The notes: generated from the sequence alone by a model not told the origin. Counted from the stretch's first letter, positions 1-10,800 are shown. The stretch: 64,000 nucleotides of DNA from Methanotrichaceae archaeon (GCA_963803145.1 CAWDLW010000012.1:96001-160000), one strand, 5' to 3'. Translations and numbers: made by a program.

Positions 1-120
1 GTTTTGGCCATGGCTATATCGATCGCCTGTCACATCGTGCTGGTGCCTGAGTATCGAGAGACGATCTACGAGTCTGATGGAGCCATCCGGACACAAGCGC
101 CGCAGCCGCTCTTTCAAGCA
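1..120 (+). repeat. Copy 1 of island repeat (degenerate IS200/IS605 tnpA 5' part plus conserved ~90 bp block)
   Basis: Encodes HIVLVPEYR (TnpA-like HIVLVPKYR); shares gatggagccatccgga-acaagcgccgcagccgctc with 868, 1600, 2669, 3676. Confidence 0.75.
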
Positions 121-250
121 GGCTCGTTGAGAGCCGAAAGGCCATCACGAGGGATGACCACTCGCTTAATCATTGAGCCATCTTTGAACAACCGGAGAAT
201 AGGGATGAGCCAACCAAGTTATTTATAGCGAAAAACTATAAGTCCTAGCC

Positions 251-415
251 ATGTCAAATGTAACAACCGTGATAAAAGCTGCCCAACAGGACACAGAATC
301 TACTTACGATTCCGATGCCGATCTAACAGAAGAGGATATAGTTAAAGGTCTATCAAAACTGGCAGCAGATGCTTTCGCCGACCTGGCAGCGCAAGAGTCC
401 GATATATACAAGTAG
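251..415 (+). CDS. Small acidic putative antitoxin (54 aa), not in ORF track
   Basis: Hand-translated ATG..TAG: MSNVTT...AADAFADLAAQESDIYK; stops 2 nt before the PemK-like gene. Confidence 0.65.
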   Translation: MSNVTTVIKAAQQDTESTYDSDADLTEEDIVKGLSKLAADAFADLAAQESDIYK

Positions 416-417
416 GC

Positions 418-768
418 ATGTTTGAATTTCTGAAAAAGGGCGATGTTGTTACGATGCCCGTCAGTTTTTCCGACCTTGTTGGATCTAAGATACGGCCTAT
501 GCTGGTATTATACCATGATCAGGATTATCAAGAGCTAACCGTCGTTTATATATCGTCAATTATCCCACGTAACCTAGGACCCTATGATATACTGATTCCC
601 CTGGGTTCCCCTTCGAGTATCAAGGCCGGATTAAGAGAGGATTCAGTGCTTATGGCCCGCTGGATAACGGTTGTTAAAAGAATCCACGTTGTGCGAATAA
701 TCGGAGAGGCAGACAGCGATCTAAGGACTCGGGTAAATAAAGCTGTGCCCACTTGCCTTGCTATCTAA
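418..768 (+). CDS. PemK/MazF-family toxin
   Basis: KKGDVV..P.SFSDL..SKIRPMLV motif typical of PemK/MazF. Confidence 0.85.
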   Translation: MFEFLKKGDVVTMPVSFSDLVGSKIRPMLVLYHDQDYQELTVVYISSIIPRNLGPYDILIPLGSPSSIKAGLREDSVLMARWITVVKRIHVVRIIGEADSDLRTRVNKAVPTCLAI

Positions 769-867
769 ATCCGCTGTCGTGACTTGCAAAACTTCATGCC
801 AAGCAAAAAGCGTTGTCGAGACGATCCACAAGGATAGAAATGCCGGACGATCGAGATCCCCTAACCA

Positions 868-1010
868 GCCTGAGCATCGAGAGATGATCCGCGAGTCTGA
901 TGGAGCCATCCGGATACAAACGCCGCTGCGGCTCTTCCCTAAGCTCGACCCGGCACTCGAAGATGGCTCGAAAGGCCGCCAATCTTAGATTATTCCCTTA
1001 GCCTTCAAAG
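868..1010 (+). repeat. Copy 2 of island repeat, ending in 3' tip of acylphosphatase-like gene
   Basis: Near-identical to 2669-2825 and 3735-3880, including gaaaggccgccaatctta..ttattccctt.gccttcaaag. Confidence 0.8.
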
Positions 1011-1092
1011 AATGCACATCATCTGATACACCTCTACGTAGAACCATGCCTGCAACAAAGTTAAATCCCTTCAAGGTGCATAGGATCTTGAT

Positions 1093-1350
1093 ATGTTTGC
1101 AGAATATATTCAGGCAGCTCTAGAGCGGGCTGAATACGAAATAATCGATGACCCTGAGCCATATTATGCTCATGTTCCTGGGCTTCCCGGCGTGTGGGCA
1201 ACAGGTAAGACCTTTGAGGATTGTCGCAAGGAGCTTATCTCCGTTATCGAAGGCTGGATAGTTCTAGGACTGAGAATGGGTCATCCTATACCATCGATAG
1301 ATGGCCATACCATAGACGTGTCCACGGAGCCAGTTGCCGTTGTCGAATAA
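1093..1350 (+). CDS. hicB: HicB-family antitoxin
   Basis: YYAHVPGLPGVWATGKTFEDCRKEL...G.PIP. Confidence 0.9.
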   Translation: MFAEYIQAALERAEYEIIDDPEPYYAHVPGLPGVWATGKTFEDCRKELISVIEGWIVLGLRMGHPIPSIDGHTIDVSTEPVAVVE

Positions 1351-1567
1351 GCTTGTTCCAGTCTCGCGGAAAGAACTGATCCGGAGATTGAGTAAACTTG
1401 GTTTCAATGGACCGTTTATCGGCTCTGGTCATGAATATATGATCCGGGGATTTACACGCGTGAAATTGCCAAACCCTCATCATAGTCAAGATATAAGCGT
1501 TGATCTTCTGGCCAGAATTTTAAGGGATACAGGAATTTCCCGTGATGAGTGTTTTTCAACGGCTTAA
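1334..1567 (+). CDS. hicA: HicA-family toxin
   Basis: LIRRL.KLGF.GP..GSGHEYM...LPNPH; overlaps hicB. Confidence 0.9.
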   Translation: MPLSNKLVPVSRKELIRRLSKLGFNGPFIGSGHEYMIRGFTRVKLPNPHHSQDISVDLLARILRDTGISRDECFSTA

Positions 1568-1599
1568 GGAATTCATGGATAATAAAAGCGCTGGAATTT

Positions 1600-1642
1600 C
1601 TCCGTCGTATGGAACCATCCAGATACAAGCGCCACAGCCGTT
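1600..1642 (+). repeat. Short copy 3 of island repeat
   Basis: atggaaccatccagatacaagcgccacagccg matches the repeat core. Confidence 0.6.
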
Positions 1643-1825
1643 TGACTAAATATTGGGTGTCAGTCTATGCCTCGCTTGTCACAATATTCGTCGAGAGAGA
1701 ATGTACTGATCCTTCTCACGCTGCAGCTTCAGGTACTTCTCTCTGACATAAGCCGCCTCGTCTTCCACGATGGGCTCCTCACTACATATTGCCATCAGTA
1801 TCGCCTATATGCCATATCTGGGCCG

Positions 1826-2227
1826 CTATTGCTTTTGCTCTTTGTTGCAAAAGGCACCCGTTAGCTCGAAATTGTGCAAGGTCGCATCCATTAAAAGATA
1901 TGGGACATGACCATCGAAGGACTCATACTCGATCTTTGTGATCTGAACCCTATCCCTTTTCTTCATCTCAAATCCCCAATATTTGAGCTGCTCCTCGTCG
2001 GTGTTGTAGTCCTTGCCCTCCAAAGCGTCTGTGAAATACTTTATTTGATCTCTATCATCCTCGACCCGGAGGGTTAGTATTTGCTGTCCATCTACCGTAT
2101 CTTTTTGGCTGATCGGCTCAATAAAGAACTTATCGAGCATTGCATCAAAGGCCAGCCTTACCAAGAATCCTTTAAACAAGAGGTCATGAACATTACTGCC
2201 CACGATCTTAATCTTCTGTTTCATCAT
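1826..2227 (-). CDS. Divergent acylphosphatase-fold protein, paralog of 4796..5311
   Basis: KIKIVGSNVHD aligns with RITITGPKVHD; shared DGQQI/DGKTQI and FDGHV/YDGDV segments. Confidence 0.55.
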   Translation of the reverse strand: MMKQKIKIVGSNVHDLLFKGFLVRLAFDAMLDKFFIEPISQKDTVDGQQILTLRVEDDRDQIKYFTDALEGKDYNTDEEQLKYWGFEMKKRDRVQITKIEYESFDGHVPYLLMDATLHNFELTGAFCNKEQKQ

Positions 2228-2378
2228 TTATCCCGGCGATATGCATCTCTATAGACTCTTCCATTAGAGCTATAGTCTCCTCTTCAGTTTCGGCAGCCGC
2301 AACCACGCCAGGAAGATCAGGGCAGTATGAAGAGTAGTTGCCTTTGCCCTTTTCGAGTAATATCGTGTATTTAGTCAT
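2208..2378 (-). CDS. Short HicB-family antitoxin (56 aa), not in ORF track
   Basis: Hand-translated MTKYTILLEKGKGNYSSYCPDLPGVVAAAETEEETIALMEESIEMHIAG. Confidence 0.8.
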   Translation of the reverse strand: MTKYTILLEKGKGNYSSYCPDLPGVVAAAETEEETIALMEESIEMHIAGINDETED

Positions 2379-2668
2379 TTACGACATTCCCCTATGCCTG
2401 CTGTTCGTCATCGTTTGCCGACCAAAAGTCCGGCGAATCCCCTCGTCGAAATCGTTGGGCTATCTTCTCCAGGTTCAGATACATTCTTCGCTTGCTTTTT
2501 GTCCAATTTTAGAAAATCATTTAGCTCCTCATCGCCAGAATTGAAAAGCTCAAGATAAAACTGGCGTTAAGCAGCTCGACGCTAAGATCCTTGTCAGGGA
2601 TATGTTTCATCAGAACTTATTACGATTGACTCTGTAAATGCGTTTCGCTCGCCTGAAGAACTCTATCC

Positions 2669-2900
2669 GGCCTGGATATCGAGAGATGATCCGCGGGTCG
2701 GATGGAAGTCACCAGATACAAGCGCCGCAGCCGCTCATTCCTAAGCTCGACCCGGCACTCGAACCCTGTGCTCGAAGAGGGCCCGAAAGGCGGCCAATCT
2801 TATATTATTCCCTTGGCCTTCAAAGCGGCTTTGACCTCCGCCATATCACTCTTCAATTCAATAATATCTTTATCCAGGACCCTATCCGTCTTCTGGTTGA
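2669..2900 (+). repeat. Copy 4 of island repeat, with ~100 bp duplicated 3' end of the 3852..4478 gene
   Basis: 2800-2900 nearly identical to 3851-3951. Confidence 0.85.
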
Positions 2901-2951
2901 GTGGAAATTATCGATTATCGAAGGGATCGAACTAATAGACTTGACTGGTTG

Positions 2952-3176
2952 CTATGCTACTGAAAACCATTCCTCTCGACTGATCCCAGCTTCATCTAAA
3001 ATAGTATCCAGCAGAGAGGGATCTATCTCCTCACCATGATGAGGGTTTGGTATGCGTGCGGTTACCATACCCCGTTTCATGTAGGCGTGTTTCCCGCCAG
3101 GATATGGGCCATCAAATCCCAGCGTTCTTAATCGCCTAATTAGCTCACGTGGTGATACTGGAGTTAATCTAGCCAC
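2952..3176 (-). CDS. hicA: HicA-family toxin
   Basis: LIRRLRTLGFDGPYPGGKHAYM...IPNPH. Confidence 0.9.
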   Translation of the reverse strand: MARLTPVSPRELIRRLRTLGFDGPYPGGKHAYMKRGMVTARIPNPHHGEEIDPSLLDTILDEAGISREEWFSVA

Positions 3177-3420
3177 TTGTGATAGGCTCCGCTGATGCTT
3201 CTATGGTTTGGTTGTCTATTGATGGAATTGGCAACCCTAATCTCAGGCGTAAGGCAATCCAACCTTCAATAACCTCGACAAGCTCAGTACGTGCTCCTTC
3301 GATGGTCTTGCCTGTAGCCCAAACACCTTGCAGACCCGGAACGGTAGCAACATACTCGCCATTATCCAAGATCTTGTACCTGGCTTTGGATAATGCCGCC
3401 GTAATGTACTCTGCAAACAT
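3169..3420 (-). CDS. hicB: HicB-family antitoxin
   Basis: VATVPGLQGVWATGKTIEGARTEL; upstream region nearly identical to that of the 1093 hicB. Confidence 0.9.
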   Translation of the reverse strand: MFAEYITAALSKARYKILDNGEYVATVPGLQGVWATGKTIEGARTELVEVIEGWIALRLRLGLPIPSIDNQTIEASAEPITSG

Positions 3421-3504
3421 ATCAAGATCCTATGTACCCTAAAGAGATTTAACTTTGTTGCAGAAATATAGTGTTTTACTCAAAAGTCTAAATTTTTATT
3501 ACAT

Positions 3505-3851
3505 CGGGAGCGCGGAGGGTCACGAATACTCCGGCCTTCAGGTCTGGGATGAAGTGAACCCTCGCATGTTTTTCTCGTTTAAATCGATAAAACCTTACAT
3601 CTTTTAAATTGGTTTGTTATTGGCACCTAAACCACAGGCGGTACCAGCCACCTATGGCCAGGATGTGATATACGTTGGAACTAGCGCAGTTCTGGCCATG
3701 GCCATATTGATCACCTGCAACATCGTGCTGGTGTCTGTGTATCGAGGGATGATCCACAAGTCGGATGAAATCATCCCGGATACAAGTGCCGCAGCCGCTC
3801 TTCCTGTCGCTCGAACCCTGCGCTCGAAGAGGGCCCGAAAGGCCGCCAATC
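3505..3851 (+). mobile_element. IS200/IS605 left-end remnant with decayed tnpA start; includes copy 5 of island repeat
   Basis: gagggtcacgaatactccggccttcaggtctgggatgaagtgaaccctc hairpin (core related to ggccttcaggcc at 52853); degenerate tnpA start ttggaact..cgcagtt..catcgtgctggtg at 3676. Confidence 0.7.
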
Positions 3852-4478
3852 TTATATTATTCCCTTCGCCTTCAAAGCGGCTTTGACCTCAGCCATATCA
3901 CTCTTCAATTCAATGATATCTTTATCCAGGACCCTATCCGCCTTCTGGTTGATGTCTTTTACTTCTACTAAGAGATCATCTTGTTTTTCAAGCATTCGAT
4001 CCTGCCTCTCGAGCATCTTATCCTGCTTCTCAAGCATGGACGAGGTATCTCCTTTAACTTCTTTCAATATGCTGATGGTCGTATCCTGCTTCTCAAGCAT
4101 CTGATTAAATCCATTTTCGGTGATGGCAGTTAAATTATTTAGGCCGACAACCAGTTCCTTCAATATCTCTATTCCATCATCAAGACGCTCTCCAACCTCA
4201 TCAGGACCTGTGATCTTCTTGAAGCTTGAGTACTGTCCGGGCCCCTGAGAGTACTGCGCATCGACGTTTTCAACATTTATTATGGCGTTCCTGATCTGAA
4301 GAGCTGATGCGAATTTCTCCAGATCATTCCTCTCACCCTCTGCTATCACCAGCACCCGGCCATCAGGGCGGTTCTGAACCAACCCCACCAAATTCATCGC
4401 ATGGGCCAGAGATACTACTTTAGCTCTATACCCTACCCTCTGAACCCTGCCTGAGAAATACGCAGTCAGCCTGATCAT
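3852..4478 (-). CDS. Acylphosphatase-domain protein with C-terminal heptad-repeat coiled coil
   Basis: SGRVQRVGYR and GLVQNRPDGRV acylphosphatase motifs; MLEKQD repeats. Confidence 0.85.
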   Translation of the reverse strand: MIRLTAYFSGRVQRVGYRAKVVSLAHAMNLVGLVQNRPDGRVLVIAEGERNDLEKFASALQIRNAIINVENVDAQYSQGPGQYSSFKKITGPDEVGERLDDGIEILKELVVGLNNLTAITENGFNQMLEKQDTTISILKEVKGDTSSMLEKQDKMLERQDRMLEKQDDLLVEVKDINQKADRVLDKDIIELKSDMAEVKAALKAKGII

Positions 4479-4587
4479 TATCGAAAGTAACTGGTGTGAT
4501 CTGTGTATAAATCATCTTCGTTTCGTCTCCTTTGCGGCTAAACTACCGCGTTCCGAATACTTCTTTGCAGTCCACAGTCTCTGGCAG

Positions 4588-4639
4588 TCTACCCGTATTG
4601 AGTTGTTGGGTATAGAAACCATAACTGGACAAAACACTG
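4588..4639 (-). mobile_element. Orphan IS terminal fragment (CAGTGTTTTGTCCAGTT end); second copy at 58360
   Basis: ~50 bp near-identity with 58360-58408; abuts and truncates the tnpA remnant. Confidence 0.5.
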
Positions 4640-4741
4640 CGCAGTTTTAGCCATGGCTATAGTCAGATAACCTACCGCATTGTGCTGGTGCCTAAGTATC
4701 GATACAAGATATTTTATGCCAGGCGAGTTAAAAGGGATTGC
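4637..4741 (+). pseudogene. tnpA: IS200 TnpA N-terminal fragment
   Basis: Translates LRSFSHGYSQITYRIVLVPKYRYKIFYARRVKRDC. Confidence 0.8.
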
Positions 4742-4795
4742 GTCATGTCTACAGGAGTAGCGTTCAAATACAAAAACACGCCAATCCCACTATAA

Positions 4796-5311
4796 ATGAA
4801 ACTTAGGATCACTATAACCGGCCCAAAGGTTCATGATGTCGGTTATAGATATCTTCTATTAGGCGGCGCTATGGGTTTGCGCCTGCCAGGATTTGGTGCC
4901 GATAACTTCACGGACGGCAAAACCCAAATTGTCGATGTTGTAGTTGACGGCAAAGAATCCCAAATTGCCACCTTCAAGGCATTTATTGAAAAAAATAAAC
5001 CAGCCGAGGCCATTGTTTCAGATATAACAACATCCGACTATGACGGCGATGTTATGCGAATAGCCGAATATTCGCAAGCAATCACTGCCATACAACTGCT
5101 CAAGGCAATCCCTACCATGCTGGAAATTCAAAAAAACACGAAGTTTATTGAAAATGTAGCCCAAACTACCGAGAGGACAGCTAGAACCTCCGAGCAGATC
5201 CTAGAAGAGGTCAGGGGAATCAGGGAGGAGATTCAACCTGGGCTCGGAGAACAGCTCAGACAGATGCAGGCGGATATCAGGCCTTTAAAAGAGCGCGCAG
5301 GAATGCTTTAG
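4796..5311 (+). CDS. Acylphosphatase-like protein with coiled-coil tail
   Basis: ITGPKVHDVGYR motif; helical C-terminus. Confidence 0.75.
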   Translation: MKLRITITGPKVHDVGYRYLLLGGAMGLRLPGFGADNFTDGKTQIVDVVVDGKESQIATFKAFIEKNKPAEAIVSDITTSDYDGDVMRIAEYSQAITAIQLLKAIPTMLEIQKNTKFIENVAQTTERTARTSEQILEEVRGIREEIQPGLGEQLRQMQADIRPLKERAGML

Positions 5312-5479
5312 GATTGAAGATCTTTGACTTTTGGCCTCAGAAACGGCCCAGAATTACTCGATCGATAAGCCAACAGGCGGCTTGCGAGGGAACTCTAGAG
5401 GCGACAGTTGTACGCGCTGATGGAGCGATCCTCGACAACAAGAAGATAAATTTCACAGTAGAGTAATGGCTTGTACTCT

Positions 5480-5860
5480 TTTATTTTTATTCTACTACCC
5501 TTGATCTCAGCTATGGTTTGATCCTGTTTGATGATCATTGTATCCATTTTGCCTAAAGCTTGATCCTGTTTGTCGATCATAGTATCCATCTTGCCCAGAG
5601 CTTGATCTGTAACAAATGCAGGTATCGATCTATATTCATTACATGGCCAGTATGCTCCTCTGCGCTTACCTTTGCGACCTTGGCCGCTGGCGGGCAAACA
5701 TTTTCTACCAAGTCCTGGAATTCTTTGAGCTGATCCTCATGTCCATCCACTCGGACTTCAACTATCTGCTGTCCTTCTTTAATTTTATTTTCAGCATAGA
5801 ATCCACCCAGATTGAGGTCTAGCGCCGTTTCTAATAAAAACGGCCTATAGCCTACATTGG
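5480..5860 (-). pseudogene. Truncated, internally deleted acylphosphatase-like paralog
   Basis: NVGYRPFLLETALDLNLGGFYAEN...QIVEVRVDG, then a frame jump into DQALGKMDTMIDKQ 42-bp repeats; no start codon. Confidence 0.7.
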
Positions 5861-6060
5861 TGAATGTGAATCAATTATGATGGCAACTAATCTGATGAGA
5901 TCAGATGGATAGCGGAGAGAACCTTGAAGCTCCTCACTTTGGGAGACATCAAGTTTTAAAGAAGAGGCATGCCTATTTATCCCTGCATCTATGAATTCAA
6001 ATTGGCGGCCCTGGCGATAAAATGAGGCATCATCTCAAGGCCAAGCCAATCTTTATCGAT

Positions 6061-6330
6061 CTACTCCAGAGAGTACTTTTCTATACTATCATAAACATCT
6101 TTAATATTCTTGATCATATCTTTGCCCTTTGCCGTGGCACGGTATATCTCTCTAGGCCCAGGAGCAAGTACTTCCATAAGATCTTCCTTTATCAGCATAT
6201 CAAGGTACATGTCTGCGACCTTGAAGTTTATATTGGAACCGTAGACTATTTTGGTCTTGTTGGCTCCATCGCCGTCGCAGATCTCCAGTATGCCTACCAA
6301 TATTTTGAGCTTATCCCGCCTCATAGTCAC
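6061..6330 (-). CDS. Winged helix-turn-helix transcription regulator
   Basis: RRDKLKI...ANKTKIVYGSNINF...YRATAKG. Confidence 0.85.
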   Translation of the reverse strand: MTMRRDKLKILVGILEICDGDGANKTKIVYGSNINFKVADMYLDMLIKEDLMEVLAPGPREIYRATAKGKDMIKNIKDVYDSIEKYSLE

Positions 6331-6375
6331 CGACTTCTTGGAGAGAGTATCGATATGCTAACCTGTTATTGTGTC

Positions 6376-7815
6376 CTAAACCTCTTTCTTTTTATCGAAA
6401 TCCTCGACCTTTAACTGGTAAAGCGCTATCAAAGATATATATAAAGAATATGGAAGACTGCACTGTTGAAGCTCTTCGACCAGTTTGCCCATCTTATCGA
6501 TGGAATCTTTTGCTTCCGCTAAGCATTTAGCTACTTCATCATCTTTATAGGCAATATTCTTTGAAAGAAGGTCATAAAGCCTCAACATCAAATCATAGCA
6601 CAGCCTGGAATTCCTGGATAAATCCTCTGCGAGATCATCAGTTTTAGTATCAGTCCTTTGGAGCTTGGCTATATATTTCTTAAGCTCCTCCTGGGCTCTT
6701 TTCAGATTAGTGATATCGACGAATGAGTATGCTATGTAGACTGGTCTTCCCAGCCGATCGCAGATATTATTAGCCGATAGCCTCGCGAAGAAATTTGTGC
6801 CGTCCTTTTTTATCGCGGCCGTCTCTCCGATCCATTTTCCTTTGTCACTTAAAGATGTCTCGATTTCAGGGAGCTTTACATCCATTTGATACATCTCTGA
6901 TGCTGGTCTGCCGATGACCTCCTCTGCTTTATAGCCCCAAAGCTCATAAAAAGGAGCATTAGCATACTTGATCGTTCCATTTAGATCGGTTATGCATAGA
7001 GCATTGATAGAACAGGCCATTGCCGTCTCTCTGATCTTCGACTCAATCTCAGCCTCTCTTTGTGATGTCAAATCTTTGAGGATCAGCACCACACCCATCA
7101 CGATTCCTTGAACATCGACTATCGGAGATGCGATATAGTCTACGGGCACATCCATTCCCTCTGCTATGCTGAGGAGGTTACTTCCTGTTGAGGCTACAAC
7201 AGAATTCTTGGCTAATGCCGTACTGACAAGGTTGTTCACTGGAGTCCAGGTTTCTTCATCGATGATCCTTATTACATCATCCAGTCTCTTTCCTACGGCA
7301 TCTTCATGCTTCAAGCCTGTAAGCCTCTCTGCAGAGGGGTTTACGAAGGTAATACGTCCGTCATTATCTGTAGCTATCACTGCATCGCCCATGCTTCTGA
7401 GCACAGTCTCCAACCAGTGATGGCGCTCCCTCAGTTTATCCATCGCTTGCCTGTATAGGGCCATTTCAATGGCTATCTGCAGCTCTTTATCATTATAGGG
7501 CTTGACAAGATATCCAAAGGGCTCTGTTATCTTTGCCCTCTTCACTGTTTCATCGTCAGCGTAAGCAGTCAGATAAATGATTGGAACCTTTAAGTTGCTG
7601 CGAATTTTGTTAGCGGTTTCTATGCCATCCATATCTCCCTTCAGCACTATATCCATTAAAATAAGATCAGGCCTATGTTTGGTTGCGAACTCAACAGCCT
7701 CCGCGCCCGTTGAGGCTGTTGCAGGCACACTATAACCCAATTTCTCAAGCTTATCCTTGAGTTCCATTGCCAATATGCCTTCATCCTCTACTATCAAGAT
7801 GTTTGCATCTGTCAT
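6376..7815 (-). CDS. Response regulator (REC-PAS-PAS-coiled coil)
   Basis: ILIVEDE, DLILMDI, YLTA, YLVKP; two PAS domains. Confidence 0.92.
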   Translation of the reverse strand: MTDANILIVEDEGILAMELKDKLEKLGYSVPATASTGAEAVEFATKHRPDLILMDIVLKGDMDGIETANKIRSNLKVPIIYLTAYADDETVKRAKITEPFGYLVKPYNDKELQIAIEMALYRQAMDKLRERHHWLETVLRSMGDAVIATDNDGRITFVNPSAERLTGLKHEDAVGKRLDDVIRIIDEETWTPVNNLVSTALAKNSVVASTGSNLLSIAEGMDVPVDYIASPIVDVQGIVMGVVLILKDLTSQREAEIESKIRETAMACSINALCITDLNGTIKYANAPFYELWGYKAEEVIGRPASEMYQMDVKLPEIETSLSDKGKWIGETAAIKKDGTNFFARLSANNICDRLGRPVYIAYSFVDITNLKRAQEELKKYIAKLQRTDTKTDDLAEDLSRNSRLCYDLMLRLYDLLSKNIAYKDDEVAKCLAEAKDSIDKMGKLVEELQQCSLPYSLYISLIALYQLKVEDFDKKKEV

Positions 7816-7824
7816 TTCTCTCCC

Positions 7825-10800
7825 TCACTTTAACCCTTTAAAATGAATCTCACATCTAGTTCCATTGATTGTATCTAGGCTCATCTTACCATCGATCTGC
7901 TTAACAAGGGTATCTATCAGTCGGAACCCCAAGGTCTTCGAATCCTTGATATTCAGGCCCTCCTTGATCCCTATCCCATTATCACTAATAACCATATTGA
8001 AGCCATCGTCCTCAGAACTGAGATCTATACTGATCTCGCCCTCCCTGCCATCTGGAAAAGCGTACTTAAGAGAGTTGGAGACCAGTTCATTTATGATCAT
8101 ACCGCAGGGAATAGCTGTGTTTATATTCAAATAAACCTTTTCTGAATTTACTTTAAAGCTGATCTTGCCCGCAAGATCACCATAAGACTGAGATAAATGT
8201 GAGACCAGTTGTTTTATGTACTCGTTGAAGTCAACCTTTCCCAAATCTTTAGACCTATACAAGTTCTCATGAATCAGAGCCATGGATTTGATACGGTTCT
8301 GACTATCTTTGAAGATTTTTATAATATTATCGTCAGTGAGGTTCGATGACTGCAGGGAAAGAAGAGCAGATATGATCTGCAGGTTATTCTTGACACGATG
8401 GTGAACCTCTTTGAGGAGGATTTCCTTCTCTTGGAGAGAGGCTATGATCTTGTCCTCTGCCAGCTTTCTATCTGTGATGTCCCTGGTTATGCCTACCAGG
8501 AACTGGTTTCCTGCATTATCTGTATAAGGAGTCTTCTTGACTAGAACGGTAAGGGTCTTATCTGCATATTTGTTTGTCTCCTCGTTTGTGATCTCGGCTC
8601 CTGTCTTGAAAACCTCCTCATCCTTCATCCAAGAGACCTCAGCCATCTCTTTGGATGAAAAGAGTTCATAAGCTGTCTTGCCCACTATCTCCTCACAGGG
8701 GAGACCCCAGAGCTTGCACGCAGCATCATTTACCAGGGTCATCCTATGTTGTCTATCCTTGACAAATAATGGGTCACCAATGGAATTGATTATTTTGTTC
8801 AAATAGTCCTTCGACTCCTGCAGGGCTTTCTCCATCTTTTTTTGTTCAGTGATGTCCTTGATGGACTCGATAGCTCCAACGATCTTTCCCTGTATGTCAT
8901 ATATTGGGGAAGCTACACCCCAAAGATAGGCACCAACCCCTTTCACTTTGGGCGTGAATGCATATCCTACAAGTGTGCCATCAACCCACTTCAAGTCAGA
9001 GTACTTTTTCTCAATCCTGGACTCGGGTTCAAGCACTAGATCTACCAGCAAAGGCCTCCTCTCGCCGTAAAAGGGCAGAGAATACTCGTAGTCCCCTTTT
9101 TCTAGCATGTCCTCTGCTTTAATGCCAGTCAAGGCTTCCATAGAGCGATTCCAGGCTATGACTTTGCGATCTTCATTTATGACCAATGTGGCATCAGGCA
9201 GAAAGTTGATGATGTCCGTTAACCGCCTCTCGGACTCCTTTAGAGCAGTTTCCATATGCTTCCTGTCAGTTATATCCAAAATAACGCCCACAAGACCTGC
9301 TAGTCGACCTTCAGTGTCAAAGTACGTGGCTTTGCTGAACATGACATCATGTCTGCTTCCGTCAGTATGTGCCATTGAGGACTCGTACATCTGCACCCCA
9401 GGGTCCTGGAAGAGTTTGTTATCCGCCTCATAATATATAGCGGCTAATTCTTTGGGATATAGCTCGTAGACGGTATATCCTACTATATTATCTTTTAAAT
9501 AGCCTGTAATGGCTTCAAAGGCAGTGTTGCAGCCAAGGTAGACTCCCTTTGTATCCTTATAAAAGATGGGGTTAGGTATTGAATCTATCAGCTGCTGTAG
9601 AAAATTCAATTGTTCTCGTAAAGTTCTCTCTGCTTTTTTAAATTCTGTAATGTCACGGATGGATTCTATGGCTCCTATGCGGTTGCCTTTATTATCAAAT
9701 AGAGGTGCTCCGGTTGCCATTACATAGGCCCCTTTGCCTCCGTACAGCGCAGGTGTATATGTTTCAGCATAGAGTATTTTTCCTTTTCTTTCTACATACC
9801 GATATTTGGAAGCAAGATCATTATCGTCTAAATCTAAAAGATCCAGCAAATGCATTCTTCGTTCGCCATAGAATGGGATTGTGTAAGCATAGTCCCCCTT
9901 TCCGATCATATCGTCTTTATTGACCCCAGTCATCTCCTCTATGGCACGATTCCAGGCGATTATCTTCTTTTCGCTATCTATGACCAATGTGGCATCAGGC
10001 AGGAAGTCAATGATGGAAGCCAACTTGCTTTCCGAATCTCGTAGCGCTTCCTCAGCGTGCTTGCGCTCTGTGATATCGCGGGATATGCCAAGAATAGCAT
10101 ATATTTCATTATCATCCGTTTTGAGGGGGATCAGATGCGTATCCTGCCAAAGTCCCATTCCACCAACAATCATCACATCCTCAGAATGGACTGGCAAGCC
10201 TGTCTCAAAGACCTTATCCAGTCGAAGCTTCTGACGATAGGCTACATCAGGAGGAAAGAGGCTGGACCTGAGACTACCGATAATCTCCTCATGTTGGGGA
10301 CCAAGTCCCCTTGCAGCGGAGCCGTTTACATACACAATCTTATCATCACGGCTGATAACATAAATCATATCCTGTGAGGCCTCTGCAAGAATCTTATACT
10401 GCTCCTTACTCTCACGCAGGGATTTTTCCATTTGATTGCGCTCGGTTATATCCAGCATAGATGCGACGCTCTTCCTTGTCCTGGGGATAGCATCGACATG
10501 CAATAGTATATCCCTAATATGGCCATTTTTATCAATGGCCTGAAACTCATAGCTTCTCAGGGCTGCTCCAGGATCTATTCTTCTCAATTTATGCTGCTCA
10601 AGCATCCTTTCGAGATCTTCTTTTACGACGAACTCAGTCCAGCTAATCTTACCCTCAATCTCCTCTCTGCTATAGCCAATAAGCCTTGCGAACTCCGAAT
10701 TGGCCAGCGTTATGAGAGTATCATCTTCGTCAATTACCATCGCAGTACCGGTATTCTCGAAAATGGCCCTGTACATGTTCTCCGATTCCTGCAGCGCCTT

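Noticed and set aside
4-988. ORFs 4..228 and 758..988 (also 2638..3039 and 3614..3886)
   Set aside because: They read through the decayed island repeat; no coherent domain.
1660-1796. Minus-strand antitoxin-like remnant (MAICSEEP...ISLDEYCDKRGID)
   Set aside because: Needs an assumed frameshift and has no partner toxin; too weak to call.
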